Of a DNA stretch of 64,000 nt, positions 18,434-27,403 are shown in pieces. The notes under the pieces were generated by a model that worked only from the letters and a program-made list of their open reading frames with translations, was not told the origin of the DNA and did no database searches. Source of the DNA: an uncultured Gammaproteobacteria bacterium (lineage in GTDB: Bacteria; Patescibacteriota; Microgenomatia; UBA8517); NCBI GenBank assembly GCA_964635715.1, contig CAZWNZ010000001.1:74358-138357 (forward strand). The letters run 5' to 3'. The position numbers were made by a program, and so were the translations under genes. Within the stretch, counting starts at the first letter, position 1. Every line of letters begins with the position of its first letter.

Positions 18434-18769
18434 ATGTTGCTTAATAAAGTAGTGTTTCGTAATCTCTTTATAGTTGCCGGGGTACTGAGTATTCTAGATA
18501 TTATAGGTGTGCTTGTCATTAGAGATTTATTACCCCCACTATTGCCTGTATTCTATGGAAAACCTACAGGGACGGAGCAACTAGCCCCAACCTATTTTAT
18601 TTTTGTTATTCCAAGTGTATCTATTTTGATTACAGCTCTAAATTTATTTATTAATACTAATGCTAAAGACATTTTTATAAAGAAAACTTTAGCCATGGTG
18701 TCACTTGCGGTTTCTCTTATGGCAACAATAACTGTATTCAAAATTATTTTATTAGTTGGTTTTTTCTAA
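18434..18769 (+). CDS. Small polytopic membrane protein, hypothetical
   Basis: ORF 18359..18769; the internal start at 18434 avoids overlapping the upstream gene. Confidence 0.3.
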   Translation: MLLNKVVFRNLFIVAGVLSILDIIGVLVIRDLLPPLLPVFYGKPTGTEQLAPTYFIFVIPSVSILITALNLFINTNAKDIFIKKTLAMVSLAVSLMATITVFKIILLVGFF

Positions 18770-19862
18770 AATGGATAGTTTACGAAATCTTTTTCTATTA
18801 CCCTGGATTGTCTCGGCTGTAATTGCTTTTCTAACAACTCCTCTGGCCATAAAATTTGCCAAAAGAATAGGTATTATCGATGATCCTGCAAAAAACAAAC
18901 ACCCTAAGGTAATTCACACTTACCCTATTCCGCGTGGAGGAGGTATTCCCATTTTCCTTGCACTTCTGGCATCAAGCTTAGTATTTTTACCTATTGATAA
19001 ACATCTCATAGGGATTCTGATTGGAGCCATAGTTCTGGTAATCATGGGTGTATTGGATGATAAATATAATCTCAATCCCTACTTAAGACTTATAATTGGC
19101 ATGATCGCTGCAGCAATACCGATAGCGTTCGGCATTGGAATCTCATTTATATCCAATCCAATAGGTGGAATCATTAATCTGAGTCAGCCCCAAATCAGTT
19201 TTGACTTATTTGGTCAAACTCACAGTATTTGGATCATTTCCGATTTGTTTGCAATTCTTTGGATCACTTTCCTCATGAATATCGTCAACATGGGTGCCAA
19301 AGGTGTTGACGGACAACTAAGTGGTGTTACTGTTATCGCAGCCTTGACTATCGCTTTTTTGTCGTTAAGATTTTCTGCTGACATAACCCAATGGCCTGTG
19401 ATTATTCTCGCTGCAATAACTGCAGGTGCCTACTTTGGATTTTTACCTTGGCACATATTCCCTCAAAAAATAATGCCCGGATACAGCGGAAGTACCCTGG
19501 CAGGATATTTATTAGCCATCCTTTCGATTCTTTCAACAACAAAAGTCGGGACTTTAGTTGTTGTTTTGGGTATCCCCCTTATTGACACTGGATATACAAT
19601 CATCAGACGCATTCTCAACCACAAATCTCCTGTATGGGGAGATCGGGGGCATTTACACCACAAACTTCTGGACGCTGGATTAAGTAAGACTCAGGTTGCA
19701 GTTTTTTATTGGATAATAACTGCAATTCTCGGATTTATGGCACTCAATTTGAATACTGCCAACAAGATATATACAATGGTTGGAATAGCCATGTTTTTAG
19801 GTGGCTTAATACTATGGCTGACACACAATCCCAAAAAGAAAAACTCTCAAAAGCATCCATGA
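18756..19862 (+). CDS. Polyprenyl-phosphate N-acetylhexosamine-1-phosphate transferase (WecA/MraY, GT4 family)
   Basis: VLDDKYNLNP and MNIVNMGAKGVDGQLSG (NxxNxxDGxDG) motifs; 10 TM helices. Confidence 0.8.
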   Translation: MVFSKMDSLRNLFLLPWIVSAVIAFLTTPLAIKFAKRIGIIDDPAKNKHPKVIHTYPIPRGGGIPIFLALLASSLVFLPIDKHLIGILIGAIVLVIMGVLDDKYNLNPYLRLIIGMIAAAIPIAFGIGISFISNPIGGIINLSQPQISFDLFGQTHSIWIISDLFAILWITFLMNIVNMGAKGVDGQLSGVTVIAALTIAFLSLRFSADITQWPVIILAAITAGAYFGFLPWHIFPQKIMPGYSGSTLAGYLLAILSILSTTKVGTLVVVLGIPLIDTGYTIIRRILNHKSPVWGDRGHLHHKLLDAGLSKTQVAVFYWIITAILGFMALNLNTANKIYTMVGIAMFLGGLILWLTHNPKKKNSQKHP

Positions 19863-20788
19863 TATTAGCGGCAATAAAAGTTGCCAGACCCGTTCATTGG
19901 ATCAAAAACCTCTCCGTTTTTGCAGCTATTTTCTTGTCAGGATATTTATTTGACACAATCCAATTTAGAAATACCGTCTGGGCTTTCATTGCTTTTTGTT
20001 TTATATCTTCAGCGGCTTATATCGTTAATGATATATTTGATAGAAAGGCAGATCGCCTTCATCCAACCAAAAAATTCAGACCGATCGCGTCAGGTGTTTT
20101 ACCTGTACCTATTGCAATACTGGAAGCAATTTTTTTTATTGTTATTTCTATATCCACCTATCACATCGGTAAGTTGGATCCGATATTTTTGACTATAATT
20201 CTTACCTATCTAATTTTACAACTATTGTATAGCTTAAAACTGAAAAACATTGCCATACTCGATATCATCATTGTTGCTACAGGCTTCATCTTGAGAGTTT
20301 ATGCCGGAGCTTTTGTAATCAACGCTCACCTTTCAGTCTGGTTCCTTCTTTGTGTAATCTCTGTTGCTTTATTCCTGGCTTCCGGCAAAAGAAGGGCTGA
20401 GCTGAATTTGATTCAGAATTCGGAAGAACTGACGAGAAAAAGCCTACGCAATTACCACAAAGATCTTTTAAACAGCTATGTAACCATGTTCGGAAATGCC
20501 TCATGGCTATCATGGTCTCTTTTTACCTTCTTTGAAAGTCCGAAAGCTTCTCTTCCTTTCTGGTTGGTACTGGCTGAGCTCTCAAAAACAACAGCTATCG
20601 GAAAACTTTTAATGCTTACCATTCCGATAACTATTTTTGGAATCATGAGGTATGAATCACTAATTTTCCAGGGAAAGAGTGAAACGCCGGAAAAACTTCT
20701 TTTAACCGACAAGGCATTAATAGCAGCAGTATTCCTTTGGGTCATAATTGTATATTGGGTACTTTATAGTGGAATAGCAGTTTTATAA
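19859..20788 (+). CDS. UbiA-family decaprenyl-phosphate phosphoribosyltransferase (DPPR synthase, Rv3806c-like) homolog
   Basis: NDIFDRKADRLHPTKKFRPIASGVL closely matches the DPPR-synthase signature; ATGA overlap with the upstream stop at 19859 (ORF opens at 19709, alternative ATG at 19814). Confidence 0.7.
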   Translation: MILAAIKVARPVHWIKNLSVFAAIFLSGYLFDTIQFRNTVWAFIAFCFISSAAYIVNDIFDRKADRLHPTKKFRPIASGVLPVPIAILEAIFFIVISISTYHIGKLDPIFLTIILTYLILQLLYSLKLKNIAILDIIIVATGFILRVYAGAFVINAHLSVWFLLCVISVALFLASGKRRAELNLIQNSEELTRKSLRNYHKDLLNSYVTMFGNASWLSWSLFTFFESPKASLPFWLVLAELSKTTAIGKLLMLTIPITIFGIMRYESLIFQGKSETPEKLLLTDKALIAAVFLWVIIVYWVLYSGIAVL

Positions 20789-20794
20789 CAAATT

Positions 20795-21640
20795 CTACTC
20801 AAGAATGGAACTTACAGTAGCATATTTACCTGATACCCAGCCTGTTATTCCGGACGGCAAACCGGATTTTGAAGCCTGATATTGAATTTCTATCCATCCT
20901 GTTGCAACATCAGTATCCAAATAAGCAAAAGAGCTTCCCGAATCAACTTGTGCTATTTCTTCTCCATTCTCACCAGGTAAGGTGCGTACTCTCAAATATC
21001 CTGTTGGTGTATCCAGAATAGTAACTTTTTGAACAACTTTTTTGTCTAAAGCCATGGATTCTTCGGAAATTCCCTTTCCCAGCTTTACATAAAACGTTAA
21101 TCTATAACCATCAAGCGTTTTGACAGTTGATGAAAAATCAGAATAGCCTGGAGATTTTATTGTAATTGTGTGCATCGCAGGTGAGATCGTTGAAGATATG
21201 TAAGGAGAAAAACCACGCGAAACGCCGTCAATTAAAACTTGAGCATTTTCAGGCTGAGATATTGCAGCCAACCCGGCAACACCGCTACCACTCTCGTCAA
21301 AAGAAATTACATAACCTGAAGACTTGTCCTCTGTAGACGCGAAATTTCTTCCTACAGCAGTTTCTACTCCTGATATTAAAGTAATTGATGTCTCAAATGG
21401 AATGAGGTTTTCACTCGAGCCTTGCGGCACAAGTCTTAAAAGAATTTTTCCTGCGTCGTGTGTACCCTGAAATGGTGTTTCTCCAACAAGTAAATCATCT
21501 ATATAAACCGAGGCTGTTGGTGTGGTTTCTATTCTTATTCCTCCCGGTTTGGGATTTAAATAGCCTATCAGAAAAAAACCGGCTATACATAAAGCCGTTA
21601 AAGAAATCACTACAATTATGATTGTTTTTAATATCTTCAT
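20795..21640 (-). CDS. Secreted/anchored PEGA-domain protein
   Basis: Signal/TM MKILKTIIIVVISLTAL, then PEGA-like repeats (VLIDGVSRGFSPY...HTITIKSPGYSDF). The ORF track extends to 21796, but that extension is antisense to tRNA-Cys. Confidence 0.55.
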   Translation of the reverse strand: MKILKTIIIVVISLTALCIAGFFLIGYLNPKPGGIRIETTPTASVYIDDLLVGETPFQGTHDAGKILLRLVPQGSSENLIPFETSITLISGVETAVGRNFASTEDKSSGYVISFDESGSGVAGLAAISQPENAQVLIDGVSRGFSPYISSTISPAMHTITIKSPGYSDFSSTVKTLDGYRLTFYVKLGKGISEESMALDKKVVQKVTILDTPTGYLRVRTLPGENGEEIAQVDSGSSFAYLDTDVATGWIEIQYQASKSGLPSGITGWVSGKYATVSSILE

Positions 21641-21684
21641 TAGTGAACGAGTGTAGCAAATGAATGTGTTAAAATACAAGCATT

Positions 21685-21756
21685 GGCCACGTGGTGAAGT
21701 GGAAACACGGGAGTCTGCAAAACTTCTATGCACCAGTTCGATTCTGGTCGTGGCCT
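21685..21756 (+). tRNA. tRNA-Cys (anticodon GCA)
   Basis: Cloverleaf folded by eye: acceptor GGCCACG/CGTGGCC, anticodon stem GGAGT/ACTTC with loop CTGCAAA, T-arm ACCAG-TTCGATT-CTGGT, discriminator T, no encoded CCA. Confidence 0.75.
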
Positions 21757-21846
21757 CTCGTAAACTCGAGTCCACTTCTTCGTCGATGCCGGACACAGCC
21801 CTGGAAACTTGACTTTTAGGCTTTTCATGCTGTAGAATTGCGACTT

Positions 21847-21871
21847 ATCCCGCATAAAGCGGGATTTTTTG
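21847..21871 (+). terminator. Rho-independent terminator-like hairpin downstream of tRNA-Cys
   Basis: atcccgc-ataaa-gcgggat followed by TTTTTT; a second hairpin ccggtc-ttaaaa-gaccgg lies at 21891..21908. Confidence 0.45.
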
Positions 21872-21982
21872 TGCTCCTGATTGGAGCCAGCCGGTCTTAA
21901 AAGACCGGTTTAGTTATATCACGGCTAGTTGAACATTTAGCCGAAAATATGACCCCTCGTGCCAGGGTAAAAATGGCACATT

Positions 21983-22663
21983 ATGAGAAAAATCAGTATT
22001 GAACTGCCAAAGTACCGCCTTCAGCTTGACATTAAAACAAAGCTAATTAAAAGGCGTAAACCTTTGTTGGAAGAACCCATTATACCCAAATCTTCCACTA
22101 TCAAAAGAAAATACAGGACGGGAAGTCATCCTGCAAAAGTAGTCAGATATCTTGTTGACCATAAAAATATAAAAAAGATTTTTGCCTCAAGCTTTGTCTT
22201 TATTACCGTTTCAACAATATTTGTCCCCCATTCTGAAAGTTTACAGGCTCAAGAGGCTGAAAATGTAGTTATAGAATCCCAAACAAATCTAGTTACCGAA
22301 AAGTCGATAACATATCCCATAGAAAAGATTGTTGTTAACCAAGGATATGGAGTTTTTCATAGAGCAATTGACTTTGGAGGAAACACAAATACTGATATCT
22401 ATCCTATTGCTAACGGAATAGTTGCTTATGCAGGCTGGGATCGTACAGGATATGGTAATCTTGTTGTGATCCAGCATAAAAATGGCATCGACTCTTACTA
22501 TGCCCATTTATCAAAAATTTATGTCTCAACAGGAGAAACTGTAACTACAAGCAGGGTAATTGGAAAAATGGGAGCCACAGGGCGTGCCACAGGAGTACAT
22601 CTTCATTTGGAAATTCACCAAAACGGAGTTTCCCTAAATCCCCTGACTGTTTTGTCGAAGTAA
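21983..22663 (+). CDS. M23-family (LytM-type) peptidoglycan endopeptidase
   Basis: HxxxD and HLH motifs (ANGIVAYAGWDRTGYGNLVVIQHKNG...GVHLHLEIHQNG). Confidence 0.8.
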   Translation: MRKISIELPKYRLQLDIKTKLIKRRKPLLEEPIIPKSSTIKRKYRTGSHPAKVVRYLVDHKNIKKIFASSFVFITVSTIFVPHSESLQAQEAENVVIESQTNLVTEKSITYPIEKIVVNQGYGVFHRAIDFGGNTNTDIYPIANGIVAYAGWDRTGYGNLVVIQHKNGIDSYYAHLSKIYVSTGETVTTSRVIGKMGATGRATGVHLHLEIHQNGVSLNPLTVLSK

Positions 22664-22880
22664 ATATAACTCGAACAATTCTAAAGCTTTCTGTGCAACC
22701 GGATGAATACAAATCTCTTTCGCTTTCTTTAAATCCGCAGAGACGTGAATACTTTTGTTTTCCAGATTGCCAAGTTTTTTCCCCCATTTTTCGACCAGAT
22801 ATACGTGCTTACAACTAACAATATTGTCCTCCTCTTCAACAACAATTAATCCAAGTTCTTCACCTTCAATATTGGTTAGA
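22664..22880 (-). pseudogene. Start-less ORF fragment resembling the C-terminal two-thirds of a NUDIX hydrolase (possible gene remnant)
   Basis: Open frame EFGLTNIEGEELGLIVVEEEDNIVSCKHVYLVEKWGKKLGNLENKSIHVSADLKKAKEICIHPVAQKALELF with no in-frame ATG/GTG/TTG and a stop immediately upstream; the Nudix-box N-terminus is absent. Confidence 0.3.
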
Positions 22881-22998
22881 CCAAACTCTTAAAAATAATA
22901 AAAATTACACTATTTTTTGAAGTAGCTTCCTCACGTTCAACCATATACTGACAATTTAGCACTATTAAGCTTTATTTCAAGTGAAGATCCTGAGATAT

Positions 22999-24627
22999 CT
23001 AGTAATCCATTCCGCCCATTCCTCCGGGCGGCATCATGGGCTCTTTTTTGGGTTCGGGAATATCGGTAACTAGCCCTTCGGTTGTCAGAACCATCATGGC
23101 TACACTTGCAGCGTTTTGGAGTGCACTTCTGGTTACCTTAACAGGATCTATAATTCCCATTTTGAGCATAGATCCGAATTCTCCCGTGAGAGCGTTGTAA
23201 CCGAAATCCACATCCTTTTGTGCCAATATTTTCTTAAGAACCACATCCCCATCTTCTCCGGCATTTTTCGCAAGCCATTTAATCGGTTCCTCCAGAGTTT
23301 CCTTAACGATATCTACACCAACCTGTTCGTCTCCCTTTTCTACCCTAACACTCTTGATTACTTCCGCGGCCCTAAGAAGTGCTGTCTCACCTCCCGGAAC
23401 GATTCCCTCTTCAATTGCGGCCTTTGTTGCTCCCACCGCATCTTTAACTCTTTCTTTTTTATCATTCAGTTCTATTTCTGTAGCAGCACCCACATTAATT
23501 TGAGCAACTCCACCGGCAAGTTTTGCCAATCTTTCCTCAAACTTTTCCTTATCAAAATCTGAGTCAGAAGCTTTAATTTGACTCTTAATAGACTCAACTC
23601 TGGAATCTATAATTTTTTTGTCGCCTTTTCCTCCAATTATTCTAGCGTTGTCTTTGTCTGCCCAAACTTTATCCGCCTGTCCTAAATCAGTTATTTCGAT
23701 TGATTCAAAATTACGGCCGGTATCTTCAGAGACAACAGTTCCACCTGTAAGTATGGCTATATCCTCAAGCATCTCTTTCCTTCTGTCTCCAAAGCCGGGG
23801 GCTTTGACTGCCAAAACATTAAACGAACCCCTGAGCTTATTTACTACCAGTGTAGCCAAAGCTTCTCCTTCAATCTCATCGGCAATAATTACTAAGTTCT
23901 TAGAGACTTTTACAAATTTTTCTAAGAAAGGTAGAAGATCCTGAATTGAAGAAATCTTTTTGTCGGTTAAAAGAATGTAGGGTGATTCAATCTCAGCCTC
24001 CATTTTATCAGGATTGGTTACAAAGTAGGCAGAGGCGTATCCCTTATCAAACTCCATACCTTCTTTATATTCAATATCAATCGTCAGACCTTTTCCTTCT
24101 TCGACAGTAACAACTCCATCACGACCGACCCTGTCGAGTGCCTCAGCGATTTTTGCCCCTATTGCATCATCCCCTGCTGAAATAGTGGCCACTTGAGCAA
24201 TTTCTTCTTTTCCTTTAATCGGCTTTGCCATTCTTTTCAGTTCTGCTGTCACAGCCTCGACTGCTTTTTCCATACCCTTTTTAACAATCATGGGGTTTGC
24301 TCCTGCATCAATTTTAATCATTCCTTTTTGAGTCATCACTTGAGCGAGAAGTGTCGATGTTGTTGTTCCATCGCCTGCGTTATCGTTGGTCTTACTGGCT
24401 GCTTCTTTGACCAATTGGGCTCCCATATTCTCAAAAGGATCGGGAAGATCAATCTCCTTGGCAACACTGACTCCATCATGAACAATGTTTGGGGCTCCCC
24501 ACTTTTTATCCAAAGCTATATTGCGTCCTTTGGGACCAAGTGTTGTAACAACAGCTTTAGCAACAATATCAATTCCCTTAAGCAGGGATTCCCTGGCCTC
24601 ATTTGAAAATTTTAATTGTTTTGCCAT
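22999..24627 (-). CDS. groL: Chaperonin GroEL (60 kDa)
   Basis: Unmistakable GroEL sequence ([22 protein letters not shown]...) with C-terminal GGM repeat tail. Confidence 0.97.
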   Translation of the reverse strand: MAKQLKFSNEARESLLKGIDIVAKAVVTTLGPKGRNIALDKKWGAPNIVHDGVSVAKEIDLPDPFENMGAQLVKEAASKTNDNAGDGTTTSTLLAQVMTQKGMIKIDAGANPMIVKKGMEKAVEAVTAELKRMAKPIKGKEEIAQVATISAGDDAIGAKIAEALDRVGRDGVVTVEEGKGLTIDIEYKEGMEFDKGYASAYFVTNPDKMEAEIESPYILLTDKKISSIQDLLPFLEKFVKVSKNLVIIADEIEGEALATLVVNKLRGSFNVLAVKAPGFGDRRKEMLEDIAILTGGTVVSEDTGRNFESIEITDLGQADKVWADKDNARIIGGKGDKKIIDSRVESIKSQIKASDSDFDKEKFEERLAKLAGGVAQINVGAATEIELNDKKERVKDAVGATKAAIEEGIVPGGETALLRAAEVIKSVRVEKGDEQVGVDIVKETLEEPIKWLAKNAGEDGDVVLKKILAQKDVDFGYNALTGEFGSMLKMGIIDPVKVTRSALQNAASVAMMVLTTEGLVTDIPEPKKEPMMPPGGMGGMDY

Positions 24628-24639
24628 ATTTGGTATTTA

Positions 24640-24936
24640 TTACTTTGTCTCAACTGCCAAAATATCTTCAAATTTAACAAACATATATTCCTTACCTTCT
24701 ATCTTTACCTTATTCCCTCCCCACTCTTTATAAAAAACAACTTCATTAAGTTTCGCGGGAGACCTCACCTCGCGGCCATCGTCAAAAATAGGCTCACCTA
24801 CTGCAATTACTTTTCCTTTCTGGGGTTTTTCGGAAGCAGTATCTGGAAGATAAATTCCGGAAGCGGTTTTGACTTCTGCCTCCAAAGGTTCAACTAAAAC
24901 GTATCCCGGAGTTGGTTTTAGATTCAGTTTTGTCAT
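24640..24936 (-). CDS. groS: Co-chaperonin GroES (10 kDa)
   Basis: LKPTPGYVLVEPLEAEVKTASGIYLPD... Confidence 0.95.
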   Translation of the reverse strand: MTKLNLKPTPGYVLVEPLEAEVKTASGIYLPDTASEKPQKGKVIAVGEPIFDDGREVRSPAKLNEVVFYKEWGGNKVKIEGKEYMFVKFEDILAVETK

Positions 24937-24980
24937 CGAATTTATATTTTAAAAAAATAGAGAAGGTTGTCAACTACCAA

Positions 24981-25007
24981 TTAGCATTCCAACCTTCTGA
25001 GTGCTAT
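24981..25007. promoter_or_regulatory. CIRCE operator (HrcA site) upstream of groES
   Basis: TTAGCATTC-N9-GAGTGCTAT against consensus TTAGCACTC-N9-GAGTGCTAA; 45 nt upstream of the groES start. Confidence 0.7.
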
Positions 25008-25030
25008 TTTAGGAATTATCGAAGGTGATG

Positions 25031-25879
25031 TCAATAGCCCAATTTATTAAGAATTTTTTTACTCAAATCATTGGGGTGAAAGATCGCCCTTGTCGGCCCA
25101 ACCGTCTCTCTTGTAATTTTACCTTTCATATATAAAGCCTGAAATTTGAATGCCAGGGTTTCAAGCACGTTGAATTTAAATTGTTTCGTATATTTTAAAC
25201 TATTAGTCTTGGGTTTTATTTCAATTGCGTTAGGCCAAAAATCCAATGCCCATTTATTTTCACTTAAGAAGTGTTCGTATATATGGTCTTTGTCAACCAA
25301 TGGAATTATCTGTAGAATCTCATGTGCCGTAAAAAAATTTCTTTCTTTACTCCCCCATTTGAGATTACTTTGATCAAGCCAGATATTTAGACATAGTTCA
25401 CCCCGTTCCTTTTTACCCGGTTTTCTGACCTTAAAATTCATTAATTTCAATACCATGTATGTCATAATTCTTGTTAACCATAATTTTCCTTCTTTTGTGA
25501 TAATTATCAAATCTATATCACTACCCTTACTCGCGTTTTTCATCGCAAGCGATCCTGTTATACCCACCATTTTGACTGTCGGAACCAGAGCAATTATCTT
25601 TGAGGCATTTGACGCAATCTTAATTTTTTTTTGAGAAATCCTTTCTCTTACCAAATGTTTATAAACTAATCCACTACGATTTCTGACAAAATAAAACCCA
25701 TTTTTGCAATCAACATCAACTTTTACAGTCGGCGGATTGTGGGGCGTCCATTTAATTAACTCTGGAAAATTCAAAGGGTAGTCAAAAATATTATGATAAA
25801 ACACGGAAAATGTTTCATTGGGACTTAGATCTTTACAAAACAAATCTTTTTTGTAGACAAAATCACGAAGATGAGACAT
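25031..25879 (-). CDS. Hypothetical protein, possible Pol-beta-fold nucleotidyltransferase
   Basis: GITGSLAMKNASKGSDIDLIII resembles the GS...D.D nucleotidyltransferase motif; weak. Confidence 0.35.
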   Translation of the reverse strand: MSHLRDFVYKKDLFCKDLSPNETFSVFYHNIFDYPLNFPELIKWTPHNPPTVKVDVDCKNGFYFVRNRSGLVYKHLVRERISQKKIKIASNASKIIALVPTVKMVGITGSLAMKNASKGSDIDLIIITKEGKLWLTRIMTYMVLKLMNFKVRKPGKKERGELCLNIWLDQSNLKWGSKERNFFTAHEILQIIPLVDKDHIYEHFLSENKWALDFWPNAIEIKPKTNSLKYTKQFKFNVLETLAFKFQALYMKGKITRETVGPTRAIFHPNDLSKKILNKLGY

Positions 25880-27348
25880 TATTTAACAGAAATTCCATAT
25901 TGCGACAGAACTTGGGATACACCTTGAGAAACTGTAGTCAAAACCTCATCTGCCGAGTCATCTCCATCAGCAACGGCATTGACAGCATCTCGGAAGTAAT
26001 TTGAAATTTGAGTGTTTATTCCGGTAGCTCCGTCAAATGTACGGCTGGCAAGATACCAGCTCTTTGCACCCGAAGCTTGACTGATCAAAGAACCTATAAT
26101 CAGATGGTCACTAAGTAGCTTGGCCATTTCGATTCTGGGGTAAGGTTCTCCAAAGGATCTTACCTTTGATTGATTTAAATAAAGCTTTTGTAAGGAATCC
26201 GATGTCGAAAGAAAGCCTAAGAAATCCCAGGCTGTAGATTTGCTTGAACTTTTTGACCAAACACCCTGAGCCCAATAGGTGGCATATGTCACGTCGGGAT
26301 CGTTGGGATTATCCTTGGAGACTTGAGGAATTGGAACGGTTTTGAAATTCAAGTTCGGATTTTTTGATTGAATTTCAAATGCTCGCCAACTAGGTGCTAT
26401 ATACATTGCTAATTTTCCGGCTGCAAAAGCCTGCGTTGACGGCGGTAAAGTTGTATCCCAAACACCGTCGCTTGATGAGAAAAGGGTAAAAAATGTCAAC
26501 GCGTCTTCAGCAATCTTTCCCTCAGGGTTAGACAAGTCTACCCCATTTTGAATCATTAAAAGTGCCAGAATTTCCTGCCAATGATCAACATTTTCCGTTC
26601 TTCCCATAGCAATCCCCGATTGAACAACAAGGCCATTTTCATCCTTTATGGTCAGCTCTTTTGCTAAACTTCTAAGGCCATCCCAGGTGGTAGGAGGTGT
26701 TTTTCCCTCCTTGTCAAAAATATCCTGATTTATATATAAGGTTAAGGCATCATATCCCAATGGAATACCGACAATGGAATTGCCATAAGAAAAATCGGAC
26801 AACATTACCGGGTAGAAATTCTTAGAATAATCGGCGGCAGTCATAACTGAAGAAGGTAAGGCATCCAAATTTGATTTCATCATCGGAACCCAGGTGTTAT
26901 GAAAGGTAAAAATATCAGGACCTTGTCCTTTTGATAGTGAATTTGCCAGTCTTTCTCTATAATCTTCCTTTGATTGCTCAACGTAGGTAATTGTTACTCC
27001 GGGATGAGATGCTTCATACTCAGAAATTAACGGTTCAACAGCAGATGAATCCTCCCAAAGACCCCACCAAATTATTTCACTCGTCTTATTTCCTTTATCT
27101 TTAAAAAAGATGCTCAAAATTGAAACAGCAATACCAATTACCAATACTAGTATTCCAACCATAATTAACACTTTTGAGAATTTTTTTCTGGTAGGAGTTT
27201 GGGGCGCCACCGGGGATGAAACAACGGGAACTTGTGTCTCTTGGGTTTGAGGAGAAACAACTTGAGTAGTATCAATTACAGGAACAGAGGATGTATCCTG
27301 TACAGGCTCCTGTGTTTTATTTCTATTAAAAATGTTTATAGGTGACAT
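25879..27348 (-). CDS. ABC transporter extracellular solute-binding protein (family 1, sugar/oligosaccharide type) with N-terminal membrane anchor and P/T/Q-rich linker
   Basis: IWWGLWEDS...GQGPDIFTFHNTWVPMM SBP_bac_1-like; 1-nt stop/start overlap (TAATG) with the downstream gene. Confidence 0.65.
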   Translation of the reverse strand: MSPINIFNRNKTQEPVQDTSSVPVIDTTQVVSPQTQETQVPVVSSPVAPQTPTRKKFSKVLIMVGILVLVIGIAVSILSIFFKDKGNKTSEIIWWGLWEDSSAVEPLISEYEASHPGVTITYVEQSKEDYRERLANSLSKGQGPDIFTFHNTWVPMMKSNLDALPSSVMTAADYSKNFYPVMLSDFSYGNSIVGIPLGYDALTLYINQDIFDKEGKTPPTTWDGLRSLAKELTIKDENGLVVQSGIAMGRTENVDHWQEILALLMIQNGVDLSNPEGKIAEDALTFFTLFSSSDGVWDTTLPPSTQAFAAGKLAMYIAPSWRAFEIQSKNPNLNFKTVPIPQVSKDNPNDPDVTYATYWAQGVWSKSSSKSTAWDFLGFLSTSDSLQKLYLNQSKVRSFGEPYPRIEMAKLLSDHLIIGSLISQASGAKSWYLASRTFDGATGINTQISNYFRDAVNAVADGDDSADEVLTTVSQGVSQVLSQYGISVK

Positions 27349-27403
27349 ATAATTATATAAAGATTAAGCGGAGTATATTTAAATGTTATCATATGCCTGA
27401 AAT

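Noticed and set aside
21640-21855. 71-aa ORF and the 5' extension of the PEGA gene (to 21796) from the six-frame track
   Set aside because: Both run antisense across a well-formed tRNA-Cys; the PEGA protein has a proper signal-peptide start at 21640
21757-21982. Possible SRP (4.5S) RNA or riboswitch in the structured spacer after tRNA-Cys
   Set aside because: The hairpins are present, but no GGAA-tetraloop / AGCAG helix-8 motif or other recognisable conserved core could be found by eye; left as unclassified structure
23116-24733. Several plus-strand ORFs (23116..23562, 23618..23944, 24193..24606, 24485..24733)
   Set aside because: They are entirely antisense to groEL, whose identity is unambiguous
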